Positions 1 through 10,927 of a stretch of DNA of 64,000 bases are shown here, one piece after another. Under the pieces are notes generated by a model, which saw nothing but the letters and a program-made list of their open reading frames with translations, was not told the origin of the DNA and made no database searches. Numbering within the stretch: position 1 is the first letter of the stretch; every line of letters starts with the position of its first letter. The stretch lies in NCBI GenBank assembly GCA_048938025.1, contig JBHLMP010000002.1, positions 32,001-96,000 on the forward strand, given 5' to 3'. Position numbers and translations under genes: made by a program. The stretch comes from Promethearchaeota archaeon. GTDB taxonomy: Archaea; Asgardarchaeota; Lokiarchaeia; Sigyniarchaeales; SOKP01.

Positions 1-399
1 GCATTTGGATTTCCTGAAATTCAACGAGGCATTTTTCCTGCTAATGGTGGTACTCAAAGATTAATAAGAAATCTTGGTAAACAGAGGGTGAAAAGAATGA
101 TGTTTTTTGGTGAACATTATACTGCTGAGCAGATGTTTGAGTGGGGAGTTATTTCTTTTGTGGTTGATGATGATAAATTTGAGGATTTTGTTCATGAAAG
201 AGCATCATGGTTAGGGAATGCCGCTACAAATAGCCTATTTATAATTAAAAAATCCATTGACTACGGAACTCAAGTACCATTAAGAATAGGCTTACAATTT
301 GAACAAATGGGTTATGCGATTAATTCTAGAAGCAAAGATGTGACTGAAGGGGTCACTGCCTTCCTAGAAAAAAGAAAACCTAAATTTCAAGGTAAATAA
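1..399 (+). CDS. Enoyl-CoA hydratase/isomerase (crotonase) family, 5'-truncated by window edge
   Basis: Frame is open from base 1: AFGFPEIQRGIFPANGGTQRLIR (crotonase PE..G..P..GGT motif). C-terminus is EGVTAFLEKRKPKFQGK. Confidence 0.9.
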   Translation, partial: AFGFPEIQRGIFPANGGTQRLIRNLGKQRVKRMMFFGEHYTAEQMFEWGVISFVVDDDKFEDFVHERASWLGNAATNSLFIIKKSIDYGTQVPLRIGLQFEQMGYAINSRSKDVTEGVTAFLEKRKPKFQGK

Positions 400-500
400 G
401 GAGAATTTTGATATACATTTCTATTTTTTTTTTTAATTTTTGCTTACTTGATAAATTTTATAATAAATGAAGTTTTTTAGAATAAAAAACATCATAAAAA

Positions 501-1796
501 TTGAGTGAAAATAGATTGAATTTAAAAGAAGTCTGGTTAATTGATTACACTAGAACACCTTTTTCACGTTCCAGACCAGAACAACCTGAAAGGGATGTTT
601 TTGGAGAAATTCGTGGAGATGAATTACTTGCTGAATTATTAATAAAGTTTTTTGATGGAAAATTAGCTGATAAAGGCATAGTGAGAAAAGATATTGAGGA
701 AGCATCAATAGGGATTGCTTCTGGTGTATTAGAAAATTGGACTTACGGTGGAAAAATTCCTCTTTTTTTAGCAGGGTTCCCACCCGAAGTCTCTTCATTT
801 ATGATAGATAAACAATGTGCTTCAGCAGGCGTAGGAATGCATACATTGATCATGCATATTATGACAGGAAATAGCAAAAGAGTATTAGCAACTGGTATGG
901 AACATATGACAAGAGTCCGTAGAGTCGGAATTGCACCTGAGTGGGAGCGATTTTCTGACGAGAAAAGCAAATATTACTACCCTGATATTGATATAATGAA
1001 TTCGATTAATATGTTACAAACAGCTCAAAGATTATATGAAGAAGAAGTGCCACGATTTACAAAAGAAGATTTAGATAAGTTTGGCGTAAGATCTCATAAT
1101 TTAACCGTTAAAAATACAGAAGAAGGCTGGTTTAAGGGGGAAATTATTCCAATAAAAGGCCATGTTGAAGGCAATGTTGAGGAACCAATGATGGTGGATA
1201 GAGACATGGCCGCTAGAAAATCTACCTTAGAAGGAGTCGCAGGACTACGTAGAATAACTACACCATTCTATTTAGAAAAAAATGGTGGCAAACAGGGATA
1301 TATTGAGAGAGAAGGAACGGAAGAAGGTGTAATAACAGCGGGAAATTCATCTCCGTTAAATGCTGGAGCTACAGCAGCAGTTCTTATGGAGGCTGAAGAG
1401 GCAAGAAAAAGAGGATTAGAACCAATGGCACGGATTGTTTCAATTGGGTGGGCAGCAGTGGATCCAAGAGTTATGGGAAGAGGACCAGTTCCGGCTACTC
1501 GTAAAGCACTAGAATCTGCTGGTTTACAAGCAGATGATATTGATTACTGGGAAATAAATGAAGCTTTTTGTATAGTTGCTTTGAATTGTATGGACAAATT
1601 CAATATTCCGGAAGAAAAAGTCAATATTATGGGAGGTTCTACTGCGATAGGACATCCTTTAGGATCAACGGTGATTCGTCTTACAGGGACTCTTGCTAGA
1701 ATTTTAAAAGACAGAAAAGCCAGATTCGGAGTAGCTAACGCCTGCGTTGGTGGAGGTCAGGGATTAGCGACTGTAATTGAGAATCTAGATGCTTAA
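501..1796 (+). CDS. Acetyl-CoA C-acyltransferase (thiolase)
   Basis: RTPF, QCASA (catalytic Cys), NEAF, GHPLG and CVGGGQG motifs. Confidence 0.95.
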   Translation: MSENRLNLKEVWLIDYTRTPFSRSRPEQPERDVFGEIRGDELLAELLIKFFDGKLADKGIVRKDIEEASIGIASGVLENWTYGGKIPLFLAGFPPEVSSFMIDKQCASAGVGMHTLIMHIMTGNSKRVLATGMEHMTRVRRVGIAPEWERFSDEKSKYYYPDIDIMNSINMLQTAQRLYEEEVPRFTKEDLDKFGVRSHNLTVKNTEEGWFKGEIIPIKGHVEGNVEEPMMVDRDMAARKSTLEGVAGLRRITTPFYLEKNGGKQGYIEREGTEEGVITAGNSSPLNAGATAAVLMEAEEARKRGLEPMARIVSIGWAAVDPRVMGRGPVPATRKALESAGLQADDIDYWEINEAFCIVALNCMDKFNIPEEKVNIMGGSTAIGHPLGSTVIRLTGTLARILKDRKARFGVANACVGGGQGLATVIENLDA

Positions 1797-1866
1797 GAAC
1801 ATTCATAACATAAATCTCTCATTTTTTATTTATTAATTTAGTAAAAACTACAAAGATCTGAATATT

Positions 1867-2751
1867 TTGGTCTATATAAATAAAGAAGGAAAGTTTAATG
1901 CCAATACTTGGTTGATTGATGGATATTTATTTGGACAGAAGGGAAATCTTTCACTTTATATTATTGAAAATGATGGCATAAGATTGATGATTGATGCTTC
2001 TGAAAAAGCAGCAGTACCTAAAATTATTGAAAAATTGAAGAAATTCGAGATTTATCCAATTCATAAAATTTTTCTTACTCATTCCCATTTTGATCACGTA
2101 GATGGGGTCCATGAATTACAGAAATCAATGAAGGATACAAAGATTGAAGTTTTAGCCTCGGAAAATGCAATAGAGAATTTAAAAAATCCAAATAATATGA
2201 ATGAAGTATTTGCAGCCAAAATGGAACCAATAGAAGATGTTATACCTTTAAAAGATAATGAAATTATTAATCTAAATGGCTTAGAATTAGAAGTCCTGAA
2301 TTTTTTCGGACATTCAATGGATTCTATAGCACTTTTTGATAAAAAAAATATGAATATATTCACTGGTGATGCAATTATCGATAAATCTAGTATTTATTAT
2401 TTCCAACCTACCTTTATGCCACCAGATTTCCATGAAACGGAATTATTAAAGACATTTCAGAGACTTAGGAGTATGAAAAATAAATTGAATTCAATATCAC
2501 TAGCCCATTATGGTGTATGGACAGAGGAAGATTTCGAACAAATAGTAAATAGTATGGAAGAATTACATTTCGCTACAAAAAATTCAATTATTAAGTGGTA
2601 TAAAGAAAATCCTTCATTCAATTACTTAGCTCTCAAGTTTCATGAAACTTTCACACCCAAATCTAAAATTATCAAATATGGAAATATAGGATTTTTAGAA
2701 AGACAAATGGAATTTTTTGTTGATAGTTTAAAGAGAAGCGGATTTATTTAA
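1867..2751 (+). CDS. Metallo-beta-lactamase-fold hydrolase
   Basis: THSHFDH, GHS, TGDA and AHYG motifs. Confidence 0.85.
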   Translation: MVYINKEGKFNANTWLIDGYLFGQKGNLSLYIIENDGIRLMIDASEKAAVPKIIEKLKKFEIYPIHKIFLTHSHFDHVDGVHELQKSMKDTKIEVLASENAIENLKNPNNMNEVFAAKMEPIEDVIPLKDNEIINLNGLELEVLNFFGHSMDSIALFDKKNMNIFTGDAIIDKSSIYYFQPTFMPPDFHETELLKTFQRLRSMKNKLNSISLAHYGVWTEEDFEQIVNSMEELHFATKNSIIKWYKENPSFNYLALKFHETFTPKSKIIKYGNIGFLERQMEFFVDSLKRSGFI

Positions 2752-2813
2752 CATAAAAAATTGATATTCAATATGAAAAATAAATGTATTATTTTGTTAA
2801 AGGTGATAAAATA

Positions 2814-3653
2814 TTGTCTGGATTAAATCTTGATGTTATAGGTAAAAAATTTCCTGAGGTTACTTTTAAATATAATTGGAAAGATGTAGTACTTTATGCT
2901 TTAGGGATTGGGGCTCAGGTTGATGAGTTACAATTTTTATATGAAGGATTCTCTGGAGGATTAAAAGTTTTCCCTAGTTACGCCTGTATAGTCGGAGGGG
3001 CAGGTCTTCAGCTTAATAGGCTTGGTAAAATCGCTTTTTCGCACTTTGTTCATGGGGAACAGTCAATTAAGCTATACAAATCCTTTTCTTCATCAGATGA
3101 AATAATTTGTCAAGGTGAGGTTGAGAATATCTTTGATAAAGGAAAAGCTGCTGTTATTCATATGAACGTTTCAGGACATAAGAAAGGAGGTGAACCTATA
3201 TTTGAAACGAAATGGGTATTTTTTTACCTTAAAGGAGGAGGATTTGGAGGTGATCCAGGTCCTAAAACTAAACCGTTAAATCCTCCAGAAGGGGTAGAAC
3301 CAGATTTTAGGATATCTTATAAAACTAATGAAAATCAAGCAGCTTTGTATAGGCTTAATGGAGATTTAAACCCCTTACATATAGATCCTGAATTTGCCAG
3401 TAGAAGTGGAAGATTTAAAGGACCAATACTCCATGGACTATGTACATATGGTTTTGCAACTCGTGCTATAATTTATGGTGCCTGTAATGGAGACATTGAA
3501 CGTTTTAAAGAGTTCAAAGCACGATTTGCAAGTGAAGTTTATCCCGGAGAACCTTTAACTACAGAGGGTTGGAAAGATAATGGACGGTATATAATTCAAG
3601 TCCGAACAGAAAGAGCTGTTGTTCTTGGAAATGCATATGCTATTGTAGAATGA
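2814..3653 (+). CDS. Double hot-dog MaoC / MFE-2 hydratase-2-like (R)-enoyl-CoA hydratase
   Basis: LYALGIG, VHGEQ, YRLNGDLNPLHIDP and ILHGLCTYG motifs. Start placed at TTG 2814 after a GGTGAT SD (ORF track starts at 2784). Confidence 0.88.
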   Translation: MSGLNLDVIGKKFPEVTFKYNWKDVVLYALGIGAQVDELQFLYEGFSGGLKVFPSYACIVGGAGLQLNRLGKIAFSHFVHGEQSIKLYKSFSSSDEIICQGEVENIFDKGKAAVIHMNVSGHKKGGEPIFETKWVFFYLKGGGFGGDPGPKTKPLNPPEGVEPDFRISYKTNENQAALYRLNGDLNPLHIDPEFASRSGRFKGPILHGLCTYGFATRAIIYGACNGDIERFKEFKARFASEVYPGEPLTTEGWKDNGRYIIQVRTERAVVLGNAYAIVE

Positions 3654-3678
3654 AATAATAAGAATAAAAATATTTATT

Positions 3679-4824
3679 TTAATTTTTTCGAGGAGGGAGC
3701 ATTCTAACCATTCTAAAACCTTCAACCATGGATATAGCATTTTCTGGGCAAAAGTAAGCACAAACTCCACAACCAATACAAAATTCCTTGATTCTTTCAG
3801 CTTTATTCTCATCATTCAAAAATATTGCATTATTATAACATTTTTCGATACACGTTCCACATCCTATACATAAGTCTGGATCAATCTGTGCTAAATAAAA
3901 TGTTGCATTAACTACGGCATTATTTTGCACATTTCTGCTATTTGGACAACAACATGAGCAACAATTGCATATTGCTACTTCTTCCTTTGAAATATCTGAA
4001 TGGAGATGATAAGCCTTATGAACTAATCCATCTTGTTCAGACTGTTTTAGGATTTCTAATGCTTCTTCTTTGGTTACCATTCTAGCAAATCCTTGAGTTG
4101 ATGTATGTCTAGCACTTTTTCCTATTGTAAAGCAATTTTCTCTTAGATCTGTAGCTTTACACGGATCTCCAAGCATATCTTTATGTTGACGGCAAAAACA
4201 ATGTCCAACAGCAATATCATCAAATTTTTCAATAATATCTTTTACTGTTTGAGCTGGTAAAATCATTTCAGTAGGAACTTCTAATTCTTTATCAACAAGT
4301 ATATCAATTTCATCGCCGTCTTTATTAATTAAATGAGGGACTGTTCTATCTACTGGTAACCTCTTTTCTATCGTAGAAGCGACAAAATCATAATTATTTT
4401 GAACGAAAGTCTCAATTTCCTCATCAAATTTAGAATAAAGAGTTGCTAATTTTCTAAACTCTTGTGTATTTTCAAGTTTTTTCATAAAAGTATACTCAAA
4501 CTGCCTTGCTACTGGTAATAACCGAAATATCATTAAACCTGTGCGATTGGGTTGATTAAAAATCACACCTTTCTTCGCCAGAGCATCAACTTTTTGCAAA
4601 ATATCTTCTTCACGTAGACCACAACTAGCTTTTAACTGTTCTATTGTTTGAGATAGGTTTTTTTCAAAAGCCATAATAAAGTCTAAGTTTTCCTCTTTTA
4701 TGTTATGCTTTAATATTTCAATTAATGTATCAGTCACAGGATAAGGAAACTGTCCAGCTTTATTAATTATGTCTGCTGCTTTCCTATATTTCATATCTAT
4801 ATTCTTATCTTTTATTTTCGACAT
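3679..4824 (-). CDS. 4Fe-4S dicluster protein (N-terminal HTH-like region, CxCR, CNCCxCCC, C-terminal 2x CxxCxxCxxxC)
   Basis: Cys motifs HCFCRQ, ICNCCSCCC, CIGCGTCIEKC and CIGCGVCAYFCP. Confidence 0.8.
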   Translation of the reverse strand: MSKIKDKNIDMKYRKAADIINKAGQFPYPVTDTLIEILKHNIKEENLDFIMAFEKNLSQTIEQLKASCGLREEDILQKVDALAKKGVIFNQPNRTGLMIFRLLPVARQFEYTFMKKLENTQEFRKLATLYSKFDEEIETFVQNNYDFVASTIEKRLPVDRTVPHLINKDGDEIDILVDKELEVPTEMILPAQTVKDIIEKFDDIAVGHCFCRQHKDMLGDPCKATDLRENCFTIGKSARHTSTQGFARMVTKEEALEILKQSEQDGLVHKAYHLHSDISKEEVAICNCCSCCCPNSRNVQNNAVVNATFYLAQIDPDLCIGCGTCIEKCYNNAIFLNDENKAERIKEFCIGCGVCAYFCPENAISMVEGFRMVRMLPPRKN

Positions 4825-5128
4825 ATTCCTTCAATTTTTTCTTTAATATTTTTCATAAAGTAACATAATTTTAAATTAAATAAATTCATAATCTTCTTTT
4901 TGGTATTGGAGGATTATAATATATTAACGGGTCTGTTCCCTCATCAGGTTTAAATTGAAAAAATATCTTTTCAGAAATCATCTTTCTAAATTTTTTTCCT
5001 TCTTAGTATATTTTTTATGTATATATAAACTTCTCTCAAAAAAATAAAATTTTATAATTAAACAACACAAATTTACTCACCAACAAAAGTTTTAATAAAA
5101 ATAAGAAAGAAGTAGGTAGAAATTTAAA

Positions 5129-5557
5129 ATGGTTGATGAAAATATAATTAAAGAATTAAAAGAATTAAGAGAAAAAGGCGCAAGGCAACCTTCAGATGCT
5201 CTTAAAACTTATGAGTTTGTAAAACAACTTGCTGAAGAAAACGAAGAATTAAAGGAAGAATTAGAAGATATCGATCCTATGGTTGTTCAACTAGTAATTA
5301 CTGATGTAGATTATAAATATTGGGTTAAAATTGGGGAAGGTAAGTTAGATTATGGTGAAGGTGAGGGTAAAGATCCAAGTGTTACCATGTCAGCAACCGG
5401 AGCAACGTGGACAGGATTAACCTCAGGTGAAATTGATTCGACTTCAGCATACATGTCTGGGGATCTTGTTATAGAAGGTAATCTTCAAGATGCAATCGCA
5501 TATGGAGAGGTCATGGCATTAGCACAGGAATTAGGCGCAGATTATTTTGAGGATTAA
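5129..5557 (+). CDS. SCP2 sterol/lipid-binding domain protein
   Basis: PSVTMS...GEIDSTSAYMSGDLVIEGN is the SCP2 signature region. Confidence 0.85.
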   Translation: MVDENIIKELKELREKGARQPSDALKTYEFVKQLAEENEELKEELEDIDPMVVQLVITDVDYKYWVKIGEGKLDYGEGEGKDPSVTMSATGATWTGLTSGEIDSTSAYMSGDLVIEGNLQDAIAYGEVMALAQELGADYFED

Positions 5558-5607
5558 ATAATATACTTTAATAATTTTTAAATTATCTTTTCTTTTATTT
5601 TAAAGTC

Positions 5608-7287
5608 TTATTTTAAGTTTTTATGATCAATGCATGCTTTTATGAATTCGAAATATAGAGGAGAGGGTTTATAGGGTCTTGATTTAAACTCTGGGTGGAA
5701 TTGTGTCCCTACCATCCAATGGTCTTTTCTATTTAATTCTATACTGTTAATTATCCTTCCAGTTTCGTCTCGACTGGAAACTATTAGACCTTTATTTTTC
5801 GCTTCTTCAGTTATAAAACGTTCTTGTATGTGATATCTATGTCTAAATCTTTCATAAATCTCTTTTTGTTTATAAGCCTCAAATAATTTGGTATTTTTTT
5901 CAATAACAATCTTTTGAGCTCCAAGTCTCATAGTCCCTCCTTTTTCAGAAATTTCTTTCTGACTTTCTAAAAGATCAACTACTGGGTAAGGTGTTTTAGA
6001 ATCAATTTCCGTAGAATTTGCTTCATTTAAACCTAGATATTTTCTACAGAAAGCTACAAAAAATAATTGTGCCCCAAAACATACTCCAAGAAATGGGATT
6101 TTATTTTCCATAGCATATTCAGCAGATTTTATCATTCCCTCTACAGCTCTTTCCCCAAAGCCTGGTGTGAGTAATATACCATCACAATCCTTTAACTGTT
6201 CTTCAATATTTATATTTTCGTCAATATTTATCATTTTTAATTCTGTCTTATATCCTTGATGGGCAGCAGCATCTTCTATAGCAACATTTATAGATATATA
6301 AGAATCAGAAATGTTAAAGTACTTACCAGGCATTCCAATTGTTATATTCTTATTAGCATCTTTGAACAATTCGACCATTTTTACCCATTCTGAGTAGTTG
6401 GTTACCTCATTATAAGATACTAATTTTGCTTTTAAATCTATAAGCTCACAGATCAAATCGCCTAAACCTTGCTCTTCAAATAATAAAGGCAATTCATATA
6501 CAACTTCTAAATCGGGATTTGAAATCACAGCATTTTCAGGTACGTTAGAGTATAAGGAAATTTTTCTTTTAATATCATGATCTAAGGGTTTTTCACTTCT
6601 GCCTATTATTATATCAGGCTGTAATCCTAGACTTTGCAGCATCTTAACAGAATGTTGTGTTGGTTTTGATTTTTGTTGTCCTACAGCACGAGAATAAGGT
6701 ATAAGAGTTACATGGACAAATGCCGTGCGTTTGGGGTATTCTAATTTTATTTGTCTGAATGCTTCCAAAAAGATACTCGATTCTAAATCACCCACAGTTC
6801 CTCCACATTCAATTAATAAAACATCTAACTCTTCGGATTCTGCTATTTCCATTAACCTTTCTTTTATGATATTTGTTACATGAGGGATTAATTGAACTGT
6901 TTTGCCTAAAAACCTTCCCTTCCTTTCACTAAGGATTGTGGTGAGATAAATTTGTCCAGAGGTTATATTGTGTGAAGGATGCATTTCAATTCCTAATATC
7001 CTAGAATATGTCCCAAAATCTTGATCAATCTCAGAAATTCTATAAGATCTTTCATCAGATTCAAGAACAGGTTGGAAATCCCAAACATTTTCCGTAATAA
7101 AGCATTCTCCATGCTCAATAGGGTTAAGTGTGCCTGGATCTACATTTAAGTAAGGATCTATTTTAACTACTGACACTTTAAATCCACGAAATTGAAGTAC
7201 TTTTCCAATACTTGCAGTGGCGACACCTTTCCCTATACCTGACATAACTCCGCCTGTTACAAATACAAACTTGCACATAGAGCTCAT
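5608..7287 (-). CDS. pyrG: CTP synthase
   Basis: FVTGGVMSGIGKG, KIDPYLNVDPGT, GGTVGDLES, KSKPTQHSV, GVCFG, RHRY and QFHPEF motifs. Confidence 0.97.
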   Translation of the reverse strand: MSSMCKFVFVTGGVMSGIGKGVATASIGKVLQFRGFKVSVVKIDPYLNVDPGTLNPIEHGECFITENVWDFQPVLESDERSYRISEIDQDFGTYSRILGIEMHPSHNITSGQIYLTTILSERKGRFLGKTVQLIPHVTNIIKERLMEIAESEELDVLLIECGGTVGDLESSIFLEAFRQIKLEYPKRTAFVHVTLIPYSRAVGQQKSKPTQHSVKMLQSLGLQPDIIIGRSEKPLDHDIKRKISLYSNVPENAVISNPDLEVVYELPLLFEEQGLGDLICELIDLKAKLVSYNEVTNYSEWVKMVELFKDANKNITIGMPGKYFNISDSYISINVAIEDAAAHQGYKTELKMINIDENINIEEQLKDCDGILLTPGFGERAVEGMIKSAEYAMENKIPFLGVCFGAQLFFVAFCRKYLGLNEANSTEIDSKTPYPVVDLLESQKEISEKGGTMRLGAQKIVIEKNTKLFEAYKQKEIYERFRHRYHIQERFITEEAKNKGLIVSSRDETGRIINSIELNRKDHWMVGTQFHPEFKSRPYKPSPLYFEFIKACIDHKNLK

Positions 7288-7418
7288 AATTATTACTTTA
7301 ATAATATAAATTTCTAATATAATAATGTCAAAATAAAAATATTAAATATTAACCACATTTAATAAGAGTTTCGATGAGAATAAAAAATAACATTATTAAT
7401 TTTATAATATTAAATAAT

Positions 7419-8234
7419 TTATTTTCCTTTAAAAACTGGCTCTCTTTTTTGAATTAGTGATTTTAACGATTCTCTGAAATCATGTGTTTTAAATAACTCT
7501 CTAAGTCCTTCATTTTCAAGATCTAAAGTTTTCGATATAATATCTTTAAAATAATTATGCATGGTTTTTTTCATTAACTTAATTGATAAGCTAGGTCCTT
7601 CTGGAGGTATTAACCGTAATGCTTGTTCCCTAGCATATGGTATTAAATCTGCAGAAGGTACAACCTTATTAACTAAACCAAGTTTTTCAGCTTCCCTTGC
7701 ACTAATTCTTTCACCAAAATATACAATTTCTTTTGCCTTTTGAAAGCCTACGTAAAATGGAAGTAAAAAATCAGCACTAAATTCAGGTATAACAGAACGT
7801 TTAACAAAAGATAAACCAATCCAGGCATCCTCTGCCATATATATTAAATCAGCTCCCGCTAATAGCATTGTAAATCCTGCGCCTACTGCTAAACCATTAA
7901 TTGCAGCAATAACAGGCTTAGAAAAATTCCAAAATTTCATACATAACCTTTTTTGAGCAATATCCATTAAATCTATATCTTTCATTATCTCTGGAGGGAT
8001 AGAAGAATACATTTTCATATTGAAATATCCTCCAGACGAGAATGATCCTTCACTTCCTGTAATAATCAAAACTTTCGCACGTTTATCTCCTTCCATATCA
8101 GCTAATACTGTCTCAATTTCTAAGAAAGTAACGTATGACATTGCATTCTTTCTCTTAGGGATATTGAGTGTTATTGTACAAATTCCACTATCTTCCTTTT
8201 CGTATTTTATATCTTTAAATTCTTCAATGTTCAT
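7419..8234 (-). CDS. Enoyl-CoA hydratase/isomerase family
   Basis: RKNAM, FSSGG, KPVIAAINGLAVGAG, AEKLGLVNKVV. Confidence 0.9.
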   Translation of the reverse strand: MNIEEFKDIKYEKEDSGICTITLNIPKRKNAMSYVTFLEIETVLADMEGDKRAKVLIITGSEGSFSSGGYFNMKMYSSIPPEIMKDIDLMDIAQKRLCMKFWNFSKPVIAAINGLAVGAGFTMLLAGADLIYMAEDAWIGLSFVKRSVIPEFSADFLLPFYVGFQKAKEIVYFGERISAREAEKLGLVNKVVPSADLIPYAREQALRLIPPEGPSLSIKLMKKTMHNYFKDIISKTLDLENEGLRELFKTHDFRESLKSLIQKREPVFKGK

Positions 8235-8278
8235 AATAGTAATTTACAACCTGGTTTTAATTAAAAATTAAATTTAAT

Positions 8279-9568
8279 TTATAATAGTTTAAATAATTGT
8301 CTTAGACTAAGGCTCATGATATATTGTTGGATTTGTCTTGTTCCACCTCCCATCTCCTGGATTCTTGATATTCCCAAGAGATCATGCATCAAAGTATTGT
8401 CACAAGCTCCAGCACCTCCCATAAGATTTGCACATTCATAACATACTCTTTCACTTAATTTTGCTGATTGAGATTTCAATTGTGAAGCTGTTGCTACAAG
8501 TGCAAGATTAAAGTCTTTTGGAAGAGTTCCTAATTTCTCTATTTTTTCGTCAATAATTTGACAAATATGTAATGCAGCAAAGGTTAAACTCATAGTCTGA
8601 GCCCACTGGTCTGATAAGGGAAACCCAACGCCTTGATATTTTAATATTTCTTGATCAAATTGCTTTCTCATATTTGCATAAATAACTGCATGTGATAAGG
8701 CATTCCAAGCTTGTGCAACATTAAGAATCACCATTCCCAAACGTTCCAAATTTAATCCTTCAAATAAATGAGATCTACCTTGTCCTGGTGAACCTAATAC
8801 ATATTCTGGAGGAACTTTTAAATCTGTAAATGTTTCTTTACCAACATACATTCTTGGCGTCCAGGGTATATTTACTTTTTCAGCTTCCCAACCCTCCCAT
8901 GAAGTATCCACTAAGAATTGTGCCATTGTGTTTCCATTATTTTTTTCAGCAACAGCATAAATTACTGCCCAATCAGCTTTAGGTCCATTAGTTTGATATA
9001 TTTTTTCACCATTGACAATATAACTTCCATCATCCTGCTCTTCACAGGTAGTTAACATATGGACCGCATCTGAGCCTCTTTCTGGTTCAGTAATACATAA
9101 ACATCCTATTTTTTCACCCATTACCATCTCCTTTACAGCTGTTAACCGTTCCTCCACATCTTCGTGATGTAATAAAACTGGATTGATTGCTAAAATAGTA
9201 GCTCCAGCTGCCATAGCTAATTGAGGGTCAAAAAAATCTATGGCAAGTGTTCTCATAAATTCAGCTGTAAATCCATATGGCTCAAAATTTAATCCTATAT
9301 CATCAAATTTATGAACGCGAGTAATTAAATCTGCTTTTCCAATATCCGGAATCCAGTCATAAAAATCTTCATTATGAGTAATGTTATGCTCTTTTTCAAA
9401 CTTTATAAAAAACTTTTGAGCTTTCTTAAGAAAATCAAAATGTCCTTTTGGCAAATAAGACATTAGATTGTAATTTAAGAAATTATAGCGATTTTTTAAT
9501 GAGAGTTTTTCAAGTATCTCCTCATTTATACATTGTACATCTCCTTTTTTACCAACCATTATATTCAA
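8279..9568 (-). CDS. Acyl-CoA dehydrogenase
   Basis: CITEPERGSD, NGEKIYQTNG, RKQFDQ, MGGAG and GGTRQIQ motifs. Confidence 0.92.
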   Translation of the reverse strand: MNIMVGKKGDVQCINEEILEKLSLKNRYNFLNYNLMSYLPKGHFDFLKKAQKFFIKFEKEHNITHNEDFYDWIPDIGKADLITRVHKFDDIGLNFEPYGFTAEFMRTLAIDFFDPQLAMAAGATILAINPVLLHHEDVEERLTAVKEMVMGEKIGCLCITEPERGSDAVHMLTTCEEQDDGSYIVNGEKIYQTNGPKADWAVIYAVAEKNNGNTMAQFLVDTSWEGWEAEKVNIPWTPRMYVGKETFTDLKVPPEYVLGSPGQGRSHLFEGLNLERLGMVILNVAQAWNALSHAVIYANMRKQFDQEILKYQGVGFPLSDQWAQTMSLTFAALHICQIIDEKIEKLGTLPKDFNLALVATASQLKSQSAKLSERVCYECANLMGGAGACDNTLMHDLLGISRIQEMGGGTRQIQQYIMSLSLRQLFKLL

Positions 9569-9649
9569 CCCGATACTTATATAACTTTTTAATTATATGT
9601 ACTATTAACCGATATTCTTAAAATATTTTTAGGAATAATAAAAAAATCT

Positions 9650-10861
9650 TTAATCGTATTCAAAAACTACTTTGATTGAATTGTATTTATCCTTTTGAGA
9701 AGCGACTTCTAATGCTTCTTTATATTTTTCCAAAGAAAACTTATGGGTAACAAAACCAGAGACGTCGATATTTCCAGAAGAGATTAAATCTAAGGCAATC
9801 TGCATTGTTCTTTTTCTCTCATTATTAATCTTTTCAATACCAAAAGTATTTGAAGCAATACTTGTCATTTCTTTAACAAATAATGGTGTCCAATCAATCT
9901 CTAAGGTAGCAGGCTGTCCTATTAATATGAGAGTCCCTTTTGGTTTAACTAATTTAAAACTCGTTGTCAATGATGATGGGATTCCTACGCAATCATAAAC
10001 GATATCAGCTCCACCACCTACTAGTATTGGATCAAGAAATGGTGGTGAAACTGTTCTTGCTCCTAATAATCTCGCAAATTTTCTAATATACATACTTTTA
10101 CTTGCTAAAAATACTTCATCAGCACCTATTTTCATTGCTAAATCAAGCTGTTGTTGTCTTGTATCAATAGCAATGATTTTACATTTAGAAAAGACCTTTA
10201 AAACTAGTATAACAGATAATCCCATAACTCCACATCCAACAACCGCTACATTATCAGCATCTTTTGGAAGAGATTTAAAAACACCATGAATTGAACCCGA
10301 TAGTGGTTCAGCCATCAATGCTTCTTCATAAGGGACTGTATCTGGAATTTTAAAAAGTTGACTTTTATGTGCAATAACATATTCTCCCCAACCACCACCA
10401 GTATCTTTACATAAACCCATCATAAATCCTGGTGCAATATCGCCTTTATCGAAATTATAACATAAGCTAAAATCTCCTTCTTTGCAAGCATCACATAATT
10501 CAAGACCTCTTACTTCACAACTCAGAACCTCGTCAATTAATACTCTATCTCCCACTGAAAAGTTTTCCACATTTGCTCCTAATTCTATTACATTCCCTAC
10601 AATTTCATGACCCGGTATTGCTGGAGTCGAAACAAAATTAAGTTGATATGTAGATTGCTTAATCTCTAAAATATGAATATCTGTTCCGCAAATACCTCCC
10701 AATTTAACTTTTATTTTAACCCAATTTTCATTAATTATTTCTGGCTCAGGGACATCTTTATATGAGACTAATTCAAATATTTTTGGTGTAAATGTAGGCT
10801 CTTCGATTTTTTTTTGTAGTAGTTCAAGAAATTTTTCAGTTGTTAAAATTAATGCTTTCAT
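9650..10861 (-). CDS. Zn-dependent medium-chain alcohol dehydrogenase
   Basis: GICGTD, GHEIVG, structural-Zn Cys cluster and GCGVMG Rossmann motif. Confidence 0.9.
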   Translation of the reverse strand: MKALILTTEKFLELLQKKIEEPTFTPKIFELVSYKDVPEPEIINENWVKIKVKLGGICGTDIHILEIKQSTYQLNFVSTPAIPGHEIVGNVIELGANVENFSVGDRVLIDEVLSCEVRGLELCDACKEGDFSLCYNFDKGDIAPGFMMGLCKDTGGGWGEYVIAHKSQLFKIPDTVPYEEALMAEPLSGSIHGVFKSLPKDADNVAVVGCGVMGLSVILVLKVFSKCKIIAIDTRQQQLDLAMKIGADEVFLASKSMYIRKFARLLGARTVSPPFLDPILVGGGADIVYDCVGIPSSLTTSFKLVKPKGTLILIGQPATLEIDWTPLFVKEMTSIASNTFGIEKINNERKRTMQIALDLISSGNIDVSGFVTHKFSLEKYKEALEVASQKDKYNSIKVVFEYD

Positions 10862-10927
10862 AATACTATTTCCACTTAAACATTTTCAATTTATTCCATT
10901 TAATTCCTAGGTTAAAATATTAATATT

